Positions 9,294-18,034 of a stretch of 32,849 nucleotides of DNA are shown here, piece after piece. Source of the stretch: Frankiaceae bacterium (GTDB lineage Bacteria; Actinomycetota; Actinomycetes; JAFAQI01); NCBI GenBank assembly GCA_030840545.1, contig JAVEEH010000001.1, positions 1-32,849 of the forward strand, written 5' to 3'. A program made the translations under genes and the position numbers. The number at the start of each line of letters is the position of its first letter. Positions within the stretch are counted from its first letter, which is position 1. The notes under the pieces were generated by a model, which was not told the origin of the DNA, did not search any database, and saw only the letters and a program-made list of their open reading frames with translations.

Positions 9294-10400
9294 GTGTCGG
9301 AAGCGGCGCCGGGAAGACGGCCGCGATGGCAACACGTTCTCGTGCGCACGGTGCTCGCGGTACTGATCTTCGCGGTCATGGGCGTCGGCGCCGGCTATCT
9401 GGTCATCCAGCACTACTTCGGTCAGATCGGGCGGGTCGGCGACCTGCCCGCGCCGCCGACTCCGACGGGCTCCTCCTCGCTGCGTACGAGTGGCCAGAAC
9501 TTCCTGCTCGTCGGGTCCGACACCCGCGACAACGTCGGCGGCGGCTTCGGCAGTGCCGACTCGATCGGCGGCCAGCGGTCGGACACCGTGATCCTCGCCC
9601 ATCTGCCCGCAGGGTCGGCCAAGCCGACATTGGTCTCCTTCCCGCGCGACTCCTACGTGCAGATCCCGGCCTACACCGACCGCGCGGGTGCCACGCATCC
9701 GGCGCACATGGACAAGCTCAACACCGCCTTCGCCGACGACGGTTATGCGCTGCTGGTCCGCACGATCGAGCAGCTGACCGGCCTGACGGTCAACCACTAC
9801 GTCGAGGTCAACTTCGCCGGCTTCCAGCGGATGGTGGATGCCTTGAACGGCGTCACCCTCTGCGCGCGCACGACCCGCAACGACCCGGCCAACGGGGCCT
9901 CCGGTGGCAGCAACGACTTCATGACGGCAGGCGTCCACCACAACGTGTCCGGCGCCGTAGCTCTCGCCTTCGTCCGCGACCGGCACAGCTTTCCCGACCA
10001 GGACATCTCGCGCATCCTCGATCAGCAGTACTTCCTCGCGCAGATGATCCGCAAGGTCGAAAGCGCCGGCACGCTGCTCAACCCGTTCAAGCTCAACGCC
10101 TTCCTCAACGCGGTGACGCACTCGATGCGGGTCGACAACGGGCTGTCCCTCGGTGACATCCGGACCCTCGTCTCACGACTGCGTCACTCAGATCCGGCGC
10201 ATGTCCGGTTCGTCACCGTGCCGTTCACTACGAGCAACGGGTCGGCGACGATCAGCGGGGCGACGGCGAGCGTCGTCCTCCTCGATGCGGCCAAGGACAA
10301 GCAGTTGTTCGACCGGCTGAGAACCGACACGGCCGGCACGTCGGGACATCACGCGCACAGTCCCGGCGTCAGCGGGAAGGGGCTGACCTGTGGCGCCTGA
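9294..10400 (+). CDS. LytR-CpsA-Psr (LCP) family cell-wall glycopolymer ligase with an N-terminal membrane anchor
   Basis: 368 aa. Contains the TM helix VLVRTVLAVLIFAVMGVGAGYLVI, plus NFLLVGSDTRD, RSDTVILAHL, LVSFPRDSYV and VNHYVEVNFAGFQRMVDALNGV. AAGGAG at 9281-9286 lies 7 nt before GTG 9294. Confidence 0.88.
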   Translation: MSEAAPGRRPRWQHVLVRTVLAVLIFAVMGVGAGYLVIQHYFGQIGRVGDLPAPPTPTGSSSLRTSGQNFLLVGSDTRDNVGGGFGSADSIGGQRSDTVILAHLPAGSAKPTLVSFPRDSYVQIPAYTDRAGATHPAHMDKLNTAFADDGYALLVRTIEQLTGLTVNHYVEVNFAGFQRMVDALNGVTLCARTTRNDPANGASGGSNDFMTAGVHHNVSGAVALAFVRDRHSFPDQDISRILDQQYFLAQMIRKVESAGTLLNPFKLNAFLNAVTHSMRVDNGLSLGDIRTLVSRLRHSDPAHVRFVTVPFTTSNGSATISGATASVVLLDAAKDKQLFDRLRTDTAGTSGHHAHSPGVSGKGLTCGA

Positions 10401-11574
10401 CCCGGACGCTGCCCGGCGCACGATCGGTGTCGTTCTGGCTGGCGGGCTCGGCACCCGCATCGGCGCCGATGTTCCCAAGCAGCTGCTCGAGATCGCCGGT
10501 CAACCGCTCCTCACGCACACTCTCACCGCTTTCGAGCACTCCGCGGACATCGACTCGATGCTCCTCGTCATGACGCCGGAGTTCCGCGGCCAGGCGGAGG
10601 CACTGGTCGTGGCCGGTGGGTTCACAAAGGTCAGCGCCGTCGTCGAGGGCGGTCCGACCCGTGACGACAGCACGCGGCGGGCACTCGACGCGCTGGGCAC
10701 CGACGACTGCAACGTGCTCATTCAGGATGCGGCGCGCCCGTTTGTCACCTCGGCGATGATTCACGACTGCGTCATGGCGCTGGCTCAGGCCGAGGGTGTC
10801 GTCGTCGCGATCCCGACGTCTGACACCGTTCTCGAGGTCGACGACGGCACGGTGACGGGCGTGCCGGACCGCCGCCGGCTGCGGCGCGCCCAGACCCCGC
10901 AGGGCTTCCGGTTGTCGACGTTGCGGCGCGCCTACGCCCTCGCAGGTGACGACGCCACCGCGTCCGCGACAGACAACTGCGGCGTCGTACGCCGATTTCT
11001 CCCCGAGGTCGTCATCCGGGTGGTCGAGGGGTCCGAGGAGAACATCAAGGTGACCACTGGGACTGACCTGGCAGTTGCCGACCTGTTGGCGCGGCGGCGG
11101 GTCGCGGCGGCCGGCGACCACGATCCGGAGCTCGGTGCCGTCGAGGGTCTCTACCGGGCCCTCATCGCCGGCTGGAACGCTCGCGACGCTGCGGCGATGA
11201 GTGCTCCGTTCGCCGAGGACGGCGTGATCATCGGCTACGACGGCAGCCTGACCTCGGGCCGTGCGGCCCTCGCCGCCGACATGGCACAGATCTTCGCCGA
11301 CCACCAGACCGCGCGTTATGTGGTGAAGGTGCGAGAGACCATGCCGCTCGGACCGGATGCGCGCATCCTGCGCGCCATCGCCGGGCTCGTGCCGCCCGGT
11401 CAGGCCCAGGTCAAGCCCGACGTCAACGCCCATCAGACACTCGTCGCCGCACGACGCGACGGCCATTGGCGGGTCGTGCTCTTCCAGAACACGCCCGCGC
11501 AGTTCCATGGGCGGCCGGAGCTGGTCGAGGAGTTGACCCGGGAGCTGCAGGCGGTCGCCGACCAGGACTCCTAG
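10390..11574 (+). CDS. IspD/TarI-like nucleotidyl(cytidylyl)transferase fused to a C-terminal NTF2-like (SgcJ/EcaC, DUF4440-type) domain
   Basis: N-terminal ~235 aa: GVVLAGGLGTRIG..VPKQLLEIAGQPLLTHTL, LIQDAARPF, IPTSDTV, AQTPQGF, NIKVTTGTDL. C-terminal ~150 aa: VEGLYRALIAGWNARDAAAMSAPFAEDGVIIGYDGS...HWRVVLFQNTP. GTG 10390 overlaps the LCP gene by 11 nt. Confidence 0.8.
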   Translation: MAPDPDAARRTIGVVLAGGLGTRIGADVPKQLLEIAGQPLLTHTLTAFEHSADIDSMLLVMTPEFRGQAEALVVAGGFTKVSAVVEGGPTRDDSTRRALDALGTDDCNVLIQDAARPFVTSAMIHDCVMALAQAEGVVVAIPTSDTVLEVDDGTVTGVPDRRRLRRAQTPQGFRLSTLRRAYALAGDDATASATDNCGVVRRFLPEVVIRVVEGSEENIKVTTGTDLAVADLLARRRVAAAGDHDPELGAVEGLYRALIAGWNARDAAAMSAPFAEDGVIIGYDGSLTSGRAALAADMAQIFADHQTARYVVKVRETMPLGPDARILRAIAGLVPPGQAQVKPDVNAHQTLVAARRDGHWRVVLFQNTPAQFHGRPELVEELTRELQAVADQDS

Positions 11575-11621
11575 CCCAGGACGGGCTCGATCCGTTCCGG
11601 GCCCGAGAGCGAACAACCCGT

Positions 11622-12881
11622 GTGAGACGAGAGCGAGTCGCCGTCATCGGTGCCGGCGTGGCCGGGCTGACCGCCGCCTACGTGTTGCAACGCCGCTACG
11701 ACGTCACCCTGTTCGAGGCCGACGACCGCCTCGGTGGTCACGCCCACACACATGACGTGGTGTCCGCAGACGCAGGGCTGCTCCCGGTCGACAGCGGCTT
11801 CATCGTCCACAACGAGAGCACCTATCCGCACCTGCTCCGCCTGTTCGGCGAGCTCGGCGTCGCGACGCAGCCGACCGAGATGAGCATGTCGATCCGATGC
11901 GACGGTTGCGGTCTGGAGTACGCGGGCGCCCGCGGCTTCACGGGACTGTTCGCCCAGCCCCGTTCAGTCGCCCGGCCGGCGTTCCTGCGGATGCTTGTCG
12001 AGGTGAAGAAGTTCCACCGCCAGGCCCGCCAGGTGATGGCCGCCGGCGGCGACGAGCTGACGCTGCGCGACTTCCTCACCGTCGGTGGCTACTCGTCATA
12101 CTTCGTCAGTCACTTCATGGTTCCGGTCGTTGCCGCCGTCTGGTCGGCGGCGCCGGGTGTCGCCCTGAACTATCCGGCGCGGTATCTGTTCACGTTCCTG
12201 GCCAACCACGGCATGTTGAGCGTCAGTGGGTCGCATCAGTGGCGGACGGTCACCGGGGGTTCGCGGGTCTACGTCGAGCGAGCCGTCAAGCACCTGTCGG
12301 CGGTGCAGACCGGCACCCCGGTTCGGGCGGTGTACCGCCATGACGGCGCCGTCGAGGTCCGCGACGAGTCCGACGAGGTGTGGCAGGGCGAGCGGGTCGT
12401 GATCGCCACTCACGCCGACACGGCCCTCGGGCTGCTGGCGGACGCAACGGCGAGGGAAGCGCAGACGCTCGGTGCGTTCGGCTACTCGCGCAACGAGACG
12501 TTGCTGCACACCGACGAGAGCCTGCTGCCCCGTGCCGCCGGTGCACGTGCGTCCTGGAACTATCTGCTCCCGTCGTGTCACAGCGACTCGGGCAAGGTGC
12601 TGGTGTCCTACGACATGAACCGGTTGCAGCGACTGCACACAGCCACGCCCTACGTCGTGACCCTGAATGCCAGCGACCGCATCCGACCCGACAGCGTCGT
12701 GGCGCGGATGTCCTACACGCACCCGATCTACACGCCGGAGTCGATCGCGGCGCAACAGTCTCTGCCGACACTCAACGACGGCACCATCGCGTTTGCCGGT
12801 GCCTACCACGGGTGGGGTTTCCACGAGGACGGCTGCCGGTCTGGTGTCGAGGCGGCGGCGGCGCTGGGAGTGACCTGGTGA
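11622..12881 (+). CDS. NAD(P)/FAD-binding amine-oxidase-like oxidoreductase (COG2907 type)
   Basis: VRRERVAVIGAGVAGLTAAYVL...LFEADDRLGGHAHT...VDSGFIVHNESTYPHLLRLF. GTG 11622 is chosen because it sits just before the GxGxxG motif and 47 nt after the upstream stop. The track ORF start at 11466 overlaps the preceding gene. Confidence 0.85.
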   Translation: MRRERVAVIGAGVAGLTAAYVLQRRYDVTLFEADDRLGGHAHTHDVVSADAGLLPVDSGFIVHNESTYPHLLRLFGELGVATQPTEMSMSIRCDGCGLEYAGARGFTGLFAQPRSVARPAFLRMLVEVKKFHRQARQVMAAGGDELTLRDFLTVGGYSSYFVSHFMVPVVAAVWSAAPGVALNYPARYLFTFLANHGMLSVSGSHQWRTVTGGSRVYVERAVKHLSAVQTGTPVRAVYRHDGAVEVRDESDEVWQGERVVIATHADTALGLLADATAREAQTLGAFGYSRNETLLHTDESLLPRAAGARASWNYLLPSCHSDSGKVLVSYDMNRLQRLHTATPYVVTLNASDRIRPDSVVARMSYTHPIYTPESIAAQQSLPTLNDGTIAFAGAYHGWGFHEDGCRSGVEAAAALGVTW

Positions 12882-13549
12882 CCGTCGCCGCGCCCGCGCT
12901 CTACGACGGCGTCGTCACCCACAGCCGCCGGACGCCGCTCGCCAACACCTTCCGCTACCGGACGTTCTACTGGCTCGTCGACGTCGACGACCTGCCCCGA
13001 CTGCCGTGGCCGATGCGGGCGTTCGCTCGTTTCGACACCGCCGACCACGTCGACATCCGGGCCGAGCTGGCCGGCCAAGGCATCACCGCCGACCGGATCC
13101 TCATGCTGGCCAACGCACGGACGTTCGGCTACGTGTTCAACCCGATCAGCATCTATTGGTGCTACGACGCCGTTGGCGTCCTGCTCGCGACGGTGGCGGA
13201 GGTGCACAACACCTACGGCGGGCGGCATGCCTACGTGCTGCACCCCGACGAGCACGGGCGGGCCGAGGTGGACAAGGCCATGTACGTCTCGCCGTTCTAC
13301 CCGGTCGACGGTCGGTACGCGATCCGCATCTCCGACCCGAATGCGGCCGTATCGGTCGCCGTGACGCTCCGGCGGGGCGCGGACCAGCCCTTCGTGGCGA
13401 CCTTGCAGGCAACCCGGCGTCCCGTCACTCTTGCCAACCTGGCCCTGGCGTGGTTTCGCTATCCCTGGGCACCGTTGCGAGTGACGGCGCTGATCCGCTG
13501 GCAGGGCGTCCGCCTGTGGCGGCGAGGACTCGAGGTGCAACCGCGATGA
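12878..13549 (+). CDS. DUF1365 family protein
   Basis: VTVAAPALYDGVVTHSRRTPLANTFRYRTFYWLVDVDDLP, FNPISIYWCY, EVHNTYGGRHAYVL, KAMYVSPFYPVDGRY. GTGA overlap with the upstream stop at 12878-12881. Confidence 0.85.
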   Translation: MTVAAPALYDGVVTHSRRTPLANTFRYRTFYWLVDVDDLPRLPWPMRAFARFDTADHVDIRAELAGQGITADRILMLANARTFGYVFNPISIYWCYDAVGVLLATVAEVHNTYGGRHAYVLHPDEHGRAEVDKAMYVSPFYPVDGRYAIRISDPNAAVSVAVTLRRGADQPFVATLQATRRPVTLANLALAWFRYPWAPLRVTALIRWQGVRLWRRGLEVQPR

Positions 13550-14808
13550 CGATTCTCCACAGCAGCCGGAACCACGTCCGTGACCTGCCCGTGAACCTCA
13601 AACGCTGGCCCGCCATGCGCCCGCCGCAGACCGCGCCCGCTCGGGCGGCCGTCGCCCGGCTGCTGTTGCGGCGGATCGCCCGGCAGACCGGCATCCGCGT
13701 CGAGCTGCCGGACGGCTCGTGGTTCGGCGAGGCCGGCGGCCCGGTGCTGCGGGTCATCGACGAAGCCGGCTTCTTCACCCGGCTCGGCCGGGACGGCAAG
13801 GTCGGCTTCGGTGAGTCGTTCATGGCGGGCGAGTGGGACAGCCCCGATCTCGTCGCGGTGCTCGAGCCGTTGGCGCGATGTGTCGGCACGATCGTCCCGC
13901 GCCAGCTGCAGTGGCTGCGCCGGTTCTACGACGCGCGCCATCCCGTCGACGAAGACAACGACAAGCACGGCGCCCGGCGCAACATCGCCCGGCACTACGA
14001 CCTGTCCAACGACCTGTTCGCGCAGTTCCTGGACGAGACGATGACCTACTCGTCGGCGCTGTTTCCGGCGGACGCCGCGTGCGCTGAGGAACTGTCCGTC
14101 GGCCAGGCCCGCAAGATCGAGCGCCTGCTCGACGCCGTCCGCATCCGTCCCGGCGTACGCCTCCTCGAGATCGGCACCGGCTGGGGCGAGCTTGCCCTGC
14201 GCGCGGCTCGGCGGGGCGCCCGGGTGACGACGGTGACCCTGTCGACCGAGCAAGCCGCGCTCGCTCGCACCCGCGTCGCGGCCGCTGGCCTGCAGTCCTC
14301 CGTCGATGTGCGGGTGCAGGACTACCGGGATGTCGAAGGCACCTACGACGCGGTGGCGAGCGTCGAGATGGTCGAAGCGGTCGGCGAGAAGTGGTGGCCG
14401 GCCTACTTCCGGACCATCGACGAGCGCCTCGCGCCCGGCGGTCGCGTCGGCCTGCAGGCGATCCTCATGCCCCACGATCGGCTGCTCGCGAGCAAGTCGT
14501 CGTGGACATGGATCCACAAGTACGTCTTCCCAGGTGGGCTCATCCCGTCGGAGCGGGCCATCGACGAGACGCTGGCGGCACACACGTCGCTGCGCGCGAT
14601 CGATCGGCTGCACTTCGGCCGGTCCTACGCGGAGACGCTGCGGTTGTGGCGCGACCGGTTCACGGCCCACGCGCGGCAGGTCGGGGCGCTCGGCTTCGAC
14701 CAGACGTTCCGGCGGATGTGGACGTTCTACCTCGCCTACTGCGAGGCCGGCTTCCGCGCCGGCTATCTCGACGTCGCCCAGCTCACACTGGCAAGAGAAG
14801 GCGCCTGA
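13546..14808 (+). CDS. Cyclopropane-fatty-acyl-phospholipid synthase family SAM-dependent methyltransferase
   Basis: HYDLSNDLFAQFLDETMTYSSALF, LLEIGTGWGELAL (SAM motif I), MVEAVGEKWW, FPGGLIPS, MWTFYLAYCEAGF. ATGA overlap at 13546-13549. Confidence 0.9.
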   Translation: MTILHSSRNHVRDLPVNLKRWPAMRPPQTAPARAAVARLLLRRIARQTGIRVELPDGSWFGEAGGPVLRVIDEAGFFTRLGRDGKVGFGESFMAGEWDSPDLVAVLEPLARCVGTIVPRQLQWLRRFYDARHPVDEDNDKHGARRNIARHYDLSNDLFAQFLDETMTYSSALFPADAACAEELSVGQARKIERLLDAVRIRPGVRLLEIGTGWGELALRAARRGARVTTVTLSTEQAALARTRVAAAGLQSSVDVRVQDYRDVEGTYDAVASVEMVEAVGEKWWPAYFRTIDERLAPGGRVGLQAILMPHDRLLASKSSWTWIHKYVFPGGLIPSERAIDETLAAHTSLRAIDRLHFGRSYAETLRLWRDRFTAHARQVGALGFDQTFRRMWTFYLAYCEAGFRAGYLDVAQLTLAREGA

Positions 14809-14815
14809 CCGGGCC

Positions 14816-15637
14816 GTGAGCGACTTCGGGACGCATGCGTTCCTGACCGGCCTGGTGCTGACCTTCGGTGTCTCCGCACTGGTTTTCGTGCTCACCTGGT
14901 TGATCGCGTTGCGGGTCGGCAGGTTCAACATCGTGGATGTGACCTGGGGGCTCGCGTTCGCCGCGATCGCGGCCACCTCGTTCCTGTGGTCGAGCGGACA
15001 TGGCGAGAACAACACCCGCCGGCTGCTGGTGCTCGTCCTCACCTGCCTGTGGGGCGTGCGGTTGGCGGTCTACATCGGCGTGCGCAGCCGTGGGCACGGC
15101 GAGGACCCGCGTTACGAGAAGATGCTGTCGCGGGCCCAGGGATCTCGGGCGGTCTATGCCCTCGTCATCGTGTTCGCGCTGCAAGCCGTGATCGCGTGGT
15201 TCGTCTCGATGCCGGTGCAGGCGGCGATGTACGAGCGGTCGCCGGTCGACGCGCTGGCCTGGGCCGGCACCGCGGTCTGGGCGGTTGGCGTGTTCTTCGA
15301 AGCCGTCGGCGACGCGCAGCTCGCGGCGTTCAAGCGCGACCCTGCCAACAAGGGCCAGGTCATGGACCGTGGGCTGTGGCGATACACCCGCCATCCCAAC
15401 TACTTCGGTGATGCCTGCCTGTGGTTCGGGCTCTGGCTCATCGCTGCCCAGCAATGGCAAGGCGCGCTCACCGTGCTGTCGCCGGCAGTCATGGGCTACT
15501 TCCTGTCGTTCAAGAGCGGCAAGCCGATGCTCGAGAAGGCGATGGCGGCGTCCAAGCCCGGCTATGCGGACTACATGCGGCGCACGTCGGGGTTCTTCCC
15601 GATGCCGCCGCGCAGGCCGCTCGCCACCGACGCCTAG
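14816..15637 (+). CDS. DUF1295 (steroid 5-alpha-reductase / ICMT-like) integral membrane protein
   Basis: Multiple hydrophobic helices. Contains RVGRFNIVDVTWGLAF, GEDPRYEKM and WRYTRHPNYFGDACLWFGLW. GTG 14816 lies 7 nt after the upstream stop. Confidence 0.85.
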   Translation: MSDFGTHAFLTGLVLTFGVSALVFVLTWLIALRVGRFNIVDVTWGLAFAAIAATSFLWSSGHGENNTRRLLVLVLTCLWGVRLAVYIGVRSRGHGEDPRYEKMLSRAQGSRAVYALVIVFALQAVIAWFVSMPVQAAMYERSPVDALAWAGTAVWAVGVFFEAVGDAQLAAFKRDPANKGQVMDRGLWRYTRHPNYFGDACLWFGLWLIAAQQWQGALTVLSPAVMGYFLSFKSGKPMLEKAMAASKPGYADYMRRTSGFFPMPPRRPLATDA

Positions 15638-16290
15638 CGGGCCGGACCGAAGCCCAGCGCGTCGAGCGCGAAGCGGGTCGTGATCCGGTGCCAGGTGCGC
15701 CAGCGCACCAGCATCGCGTGCATGTCCCCACGGACACAGACATAGTCCACCCGCCGGGCGACGGCTCGCGCCCGCTCGGCATAGAGCCTCGACGCCCGCG
15801 GACTCGTGACGACATCGAGATCGCCGTGGGCGACGAGCAGGTCACGGCCGGCGAGCTGGTCAACCGGCTCGATGTCGGTCAGCCACGGCGCGAGTGCGAC
15901 GACACCGCGCACCGCGGCGTCGCCTGCCACGCGCAAGGCTGTGCGCCCGCCCATCGAGTGGCCGACGAGCACGACCGGCACGTCGCCGTGTCGCCGTCGT
16001 ACCTCGTCGAGGGCCCACATCGCATCGACCACCGGCGACATCTCGGCGCCGTTCCAGCCGCGGTAGCGATAGCGCACCAGCCACACCGCAAGGCCGTTCT
16101 TGCGACCGCCCCGGTGCAACGACCGCGCGAAGGGACGCATCCGCAGCGCAGCGAGCTGACGCGAGTCGGTCGGCGCGAAGCTGTCGGCCTTGCCCCCGGG
16201 CAGCACAAGGACCACTCCGCAGGTCTCGCCCTTCGCCTCGTGCACGGTGACCGTCGGCTGTGGCTCGACCCGCTGGAGCTGTGCCGTCAT
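15634..16290 (-). CDS. Alpha/beta-hydrolase fold protein
   Basis: VVLVGHSMGGRTAL (GxSxG nucleophile elbow), then LLVAHGDLD and a later His. ATG 16290 forms an ATGA overlap with the PlsC stop at 16287-16290. Confidence 0.75.
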   Translation of the reverse strand: MTAQLQRVEPQPTVTVHEAKGETCGVVLVLPGGKADSFAPTDSRQLAALRMRPFARSLHRGGRKNGLAVWLVRYRYRGWNGAEMSPVVDAMWALDEVRRRHGDVPVVLVGHSMGGRTALRVAGDAAVRGVVALAPWLTDIEPVDQLAGRDLLVAHGDLDVVTSPRASRLYAERARAVARRVDYVCVRGDMHAMLVRWRTWHRITTRFALDALGFGPAR

Positions 16291-17039
16291 GTGGTGATGT
16301 GTTTGGCGGCCAAAGCTTGTCGCTCGATCTCTGCCGCCACCTCCGGGGTCGGCGCGCCACCGCCGACGTGAGCCGGCAGCCACCAGTCGTCGCCGGCGGC
16401 GTCCCGGCCGGGATACTCCGCCACGACCTTGTCGACCAGCTCACGCAGGCGCACGGCGAGCCGGGCCGTGACGTCCGCCGAGGTCTCCTCGGGCGCGATC
16501 GTCAGCGGCTCGTCGACCCAGATGCTCACGTCGACGTGGCGAAGCCAGCGGAGGCGGCGGCCGGTGGTCCAGACCCGATGCCCGCCCCACACCACGACGG
16601 GGATCAGCGGGGCGCCGGATTCGATCGCCATCCGCGCCGCGCCACCCTTGATCGGCCGCGGCACGTAAGAGCGGGAGATCGTCGACTCGGGGAAGACGCC
16701 GACGAGCTCACCGCGCTGGAGTGCGTCGACGGCATGGCGGTAGGCAGCGGCTCCCGCCGTCCGGTCGACGGGGATGTGGTGCATGCCACGCATCAGCGGG
16801 CCGCTGATGCGGTGGTCGAACACGGCCTTCTTGGCCATGAACCGGACGAGTCGCTTGCGGCGCTTGTGCGCGGCGAGACCGACGAACATGAAGTCGAAAT
16901 AGCTGACGTGGTTGGACGCCAGCACCGCCCCGCCGGTCAGCGGGATGTTGTCGATCCCCCGGATGTCGAAGCGGAAGCCGAGCAGCCGGAACAGTCCCAG
17001 CGCGGTCCGGATGACCGGTCGGTAGACGAACTCCCGCAT
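16287..17039 (-). CDS. 1-acyl-sn-glycerol-3-phosphate (lysophospholipid) acyltransferase, PlsC family
   Basis: LASNHVSYFDF (HX4D motif), FMAKKAVF, GVFPESTISRS (FPEGT-like), PVVVWG. ATG 17039 is preceded by AGGGAG about 8 nt upstream. Confidence 0.85.
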   Translation of the reverse strand: MREFVYRPVIRTALGLFRLLGFRFDIRGIDNIPLTGGAVLASNHVSYFDFMFVGLAAHKRRKRLVRFMAKKAVFDHRISGPLMRGMHHIPVDRTAGAAAYRHAVDALQRGELVGVFPESTISRSYVPRPIKGGAARMAIESGAPLIPVVVWGGHRVWTTGRRLRWLRHVDVSIWVDEPLTIAPEETSADVTARLAVRLRELVDKVVAEYPGRDAAGDDWWLPAHVGGGAPTPEVAAEIERQALAAKHITT

Positions 17040-17155
17040 CTGTCGGGCTCCCTGGCTCGAGGCTGGTCTCCTGGCCATTGTTCGTCATCGGCCCCTCCCG
17101 CGGATCACCCCGGGTCGGTGCCGGGCCACCGTTGCGCCAGACTGCGGGCGTGACG

Positions 17156-18004
17156 ATGCCCGCAGCGTTCATCGGCCACGGCAGCCCGATGAACGCGATT
17201 GAGAGCAACCGCTACACCGAGGCGTGGCGCGCGTTCGGCCGTGCGGTCCCCAAGCCTCGCGCGGTGCTGGTCGTGTCGGCGCACTGGTACATCAATGCCA
17301 CCGCGGTCACAGCAATGCCTCGGCCACGCACGATTCACGACTTCTACGGCTTTCCGCAGCAGCTGTTCGACGTCGACTACCCCGCGCCGGGGCTGCCTGA
17401 GCTGGCCGCCGAGATCAGTGACGCCGTGCAGCCGACGTGGGTCGGCGCGGACGTGGACGCGTGGGGCATCGATCACGGCACGTGGTCGGTGCTGGTGCAC
17501 GCGTTTCCCGCCGCCGATGTCCCCGTCGTACAGCTGAGCATCAACGCCGACAAGAGCTTCGACTACCACCTCGAGCTGGGCGCCAAGCTCGCACCGCTGC
17601 GGGAGAGCGGCGTGCTCGTCCTCGGCAGCGGCAACGTGGTGCACAACCTCGGCGGGATGAGCCGACAGCTGGCAGACGAGGGCTACGACTGGGCGCAACG
17701 CTTCGACGAGGACGCCAAGACCACGATGCTCGAAGATCCGACCAACGCTGCGTCGCTCGACGGCCACCCGGACTTTCGTAACGCGGCGCCGACCCCCGAC
17801 CACTTCCTGCCGTTGCTCTACCTCGCCGGTCTCGCCGGCGCCGGCGACGGGAAGACCGACGTGCTGATCGACGGGTATGCGTTCGGCTCGCTATCGATGA
17901 CCGCTTACACCCTCGACCTCTCCTGCCCTGAGGCAGGCACCGCCGGTTCCGGCGGCGCCGGCGAGTTGCCGATCGACGCACCGCCCGACGGCTCCAACAT
18001 GTGA
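17156..18004 (+). CDS. 4,5-DOPA dioxygenase extradiol-like (LigB / YgiD family class III extradiol dioxygenase)
   Basis: MPAAFIGHGSPMNAIE, VVSAHWY, IHDFYGFPQQLF, DHGTWSVL, LGSGNVVHNL, PTPDHFLPLLY. Confidence 0.88.
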   Translation: MPAAFIGHGSPMNAIESNRYTEAWRAFGRAVPKPRAVLVVSAHWYINATAVTAMPRPRTIHDFYGFPQQLFDVDYPAPGLPELAAEISDAVQPTWVGADVDAWGIDHGTWSVLVHAFPAADVPVVQLSINADKSFDYHLELGAKLAPLRESGVLVLGSGNVVHNLGGMSRQLADEGYDWAQRFDEDAKTTMLEDPTNAASLDGHPDFRNAAPTPDHFLPLLYLAGLAGAGDGKTDVLIDGYAFGSLSMTAYTLDLSCPEAGTAGSGGAGELPIDAPPDGSNM

Positions 18005-18034
18005 CGCCAACCCCTCCCTGACCAAGTGGCGTCA
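18002..18034. terminator. 8-bp inverted repeat TGACGCCA / TGGCGTCA with a 17-nt loop that contains both convergent stop codons; a weak candidate bidirectional terminator
   Basis: Arms at 18002-18009 and 18027-18034. TGA of the dioxygenase is 18002-18004 and TCA (the stop of the HNH gene) is 18032-18034. The loop is large and there is no U tract, so this call is weak. Confidence 0.25.

Noticed and set aside
9203-9300. tRNA-Arg as a possible integration hot spot or genomic-island boundary
   Set aside because: There is no integrase, no excisionase and no visible direct repeat of the tRNA 3' end downstream. The flanking genes (LCP, cytidylyltransferase) have native-looking composition.
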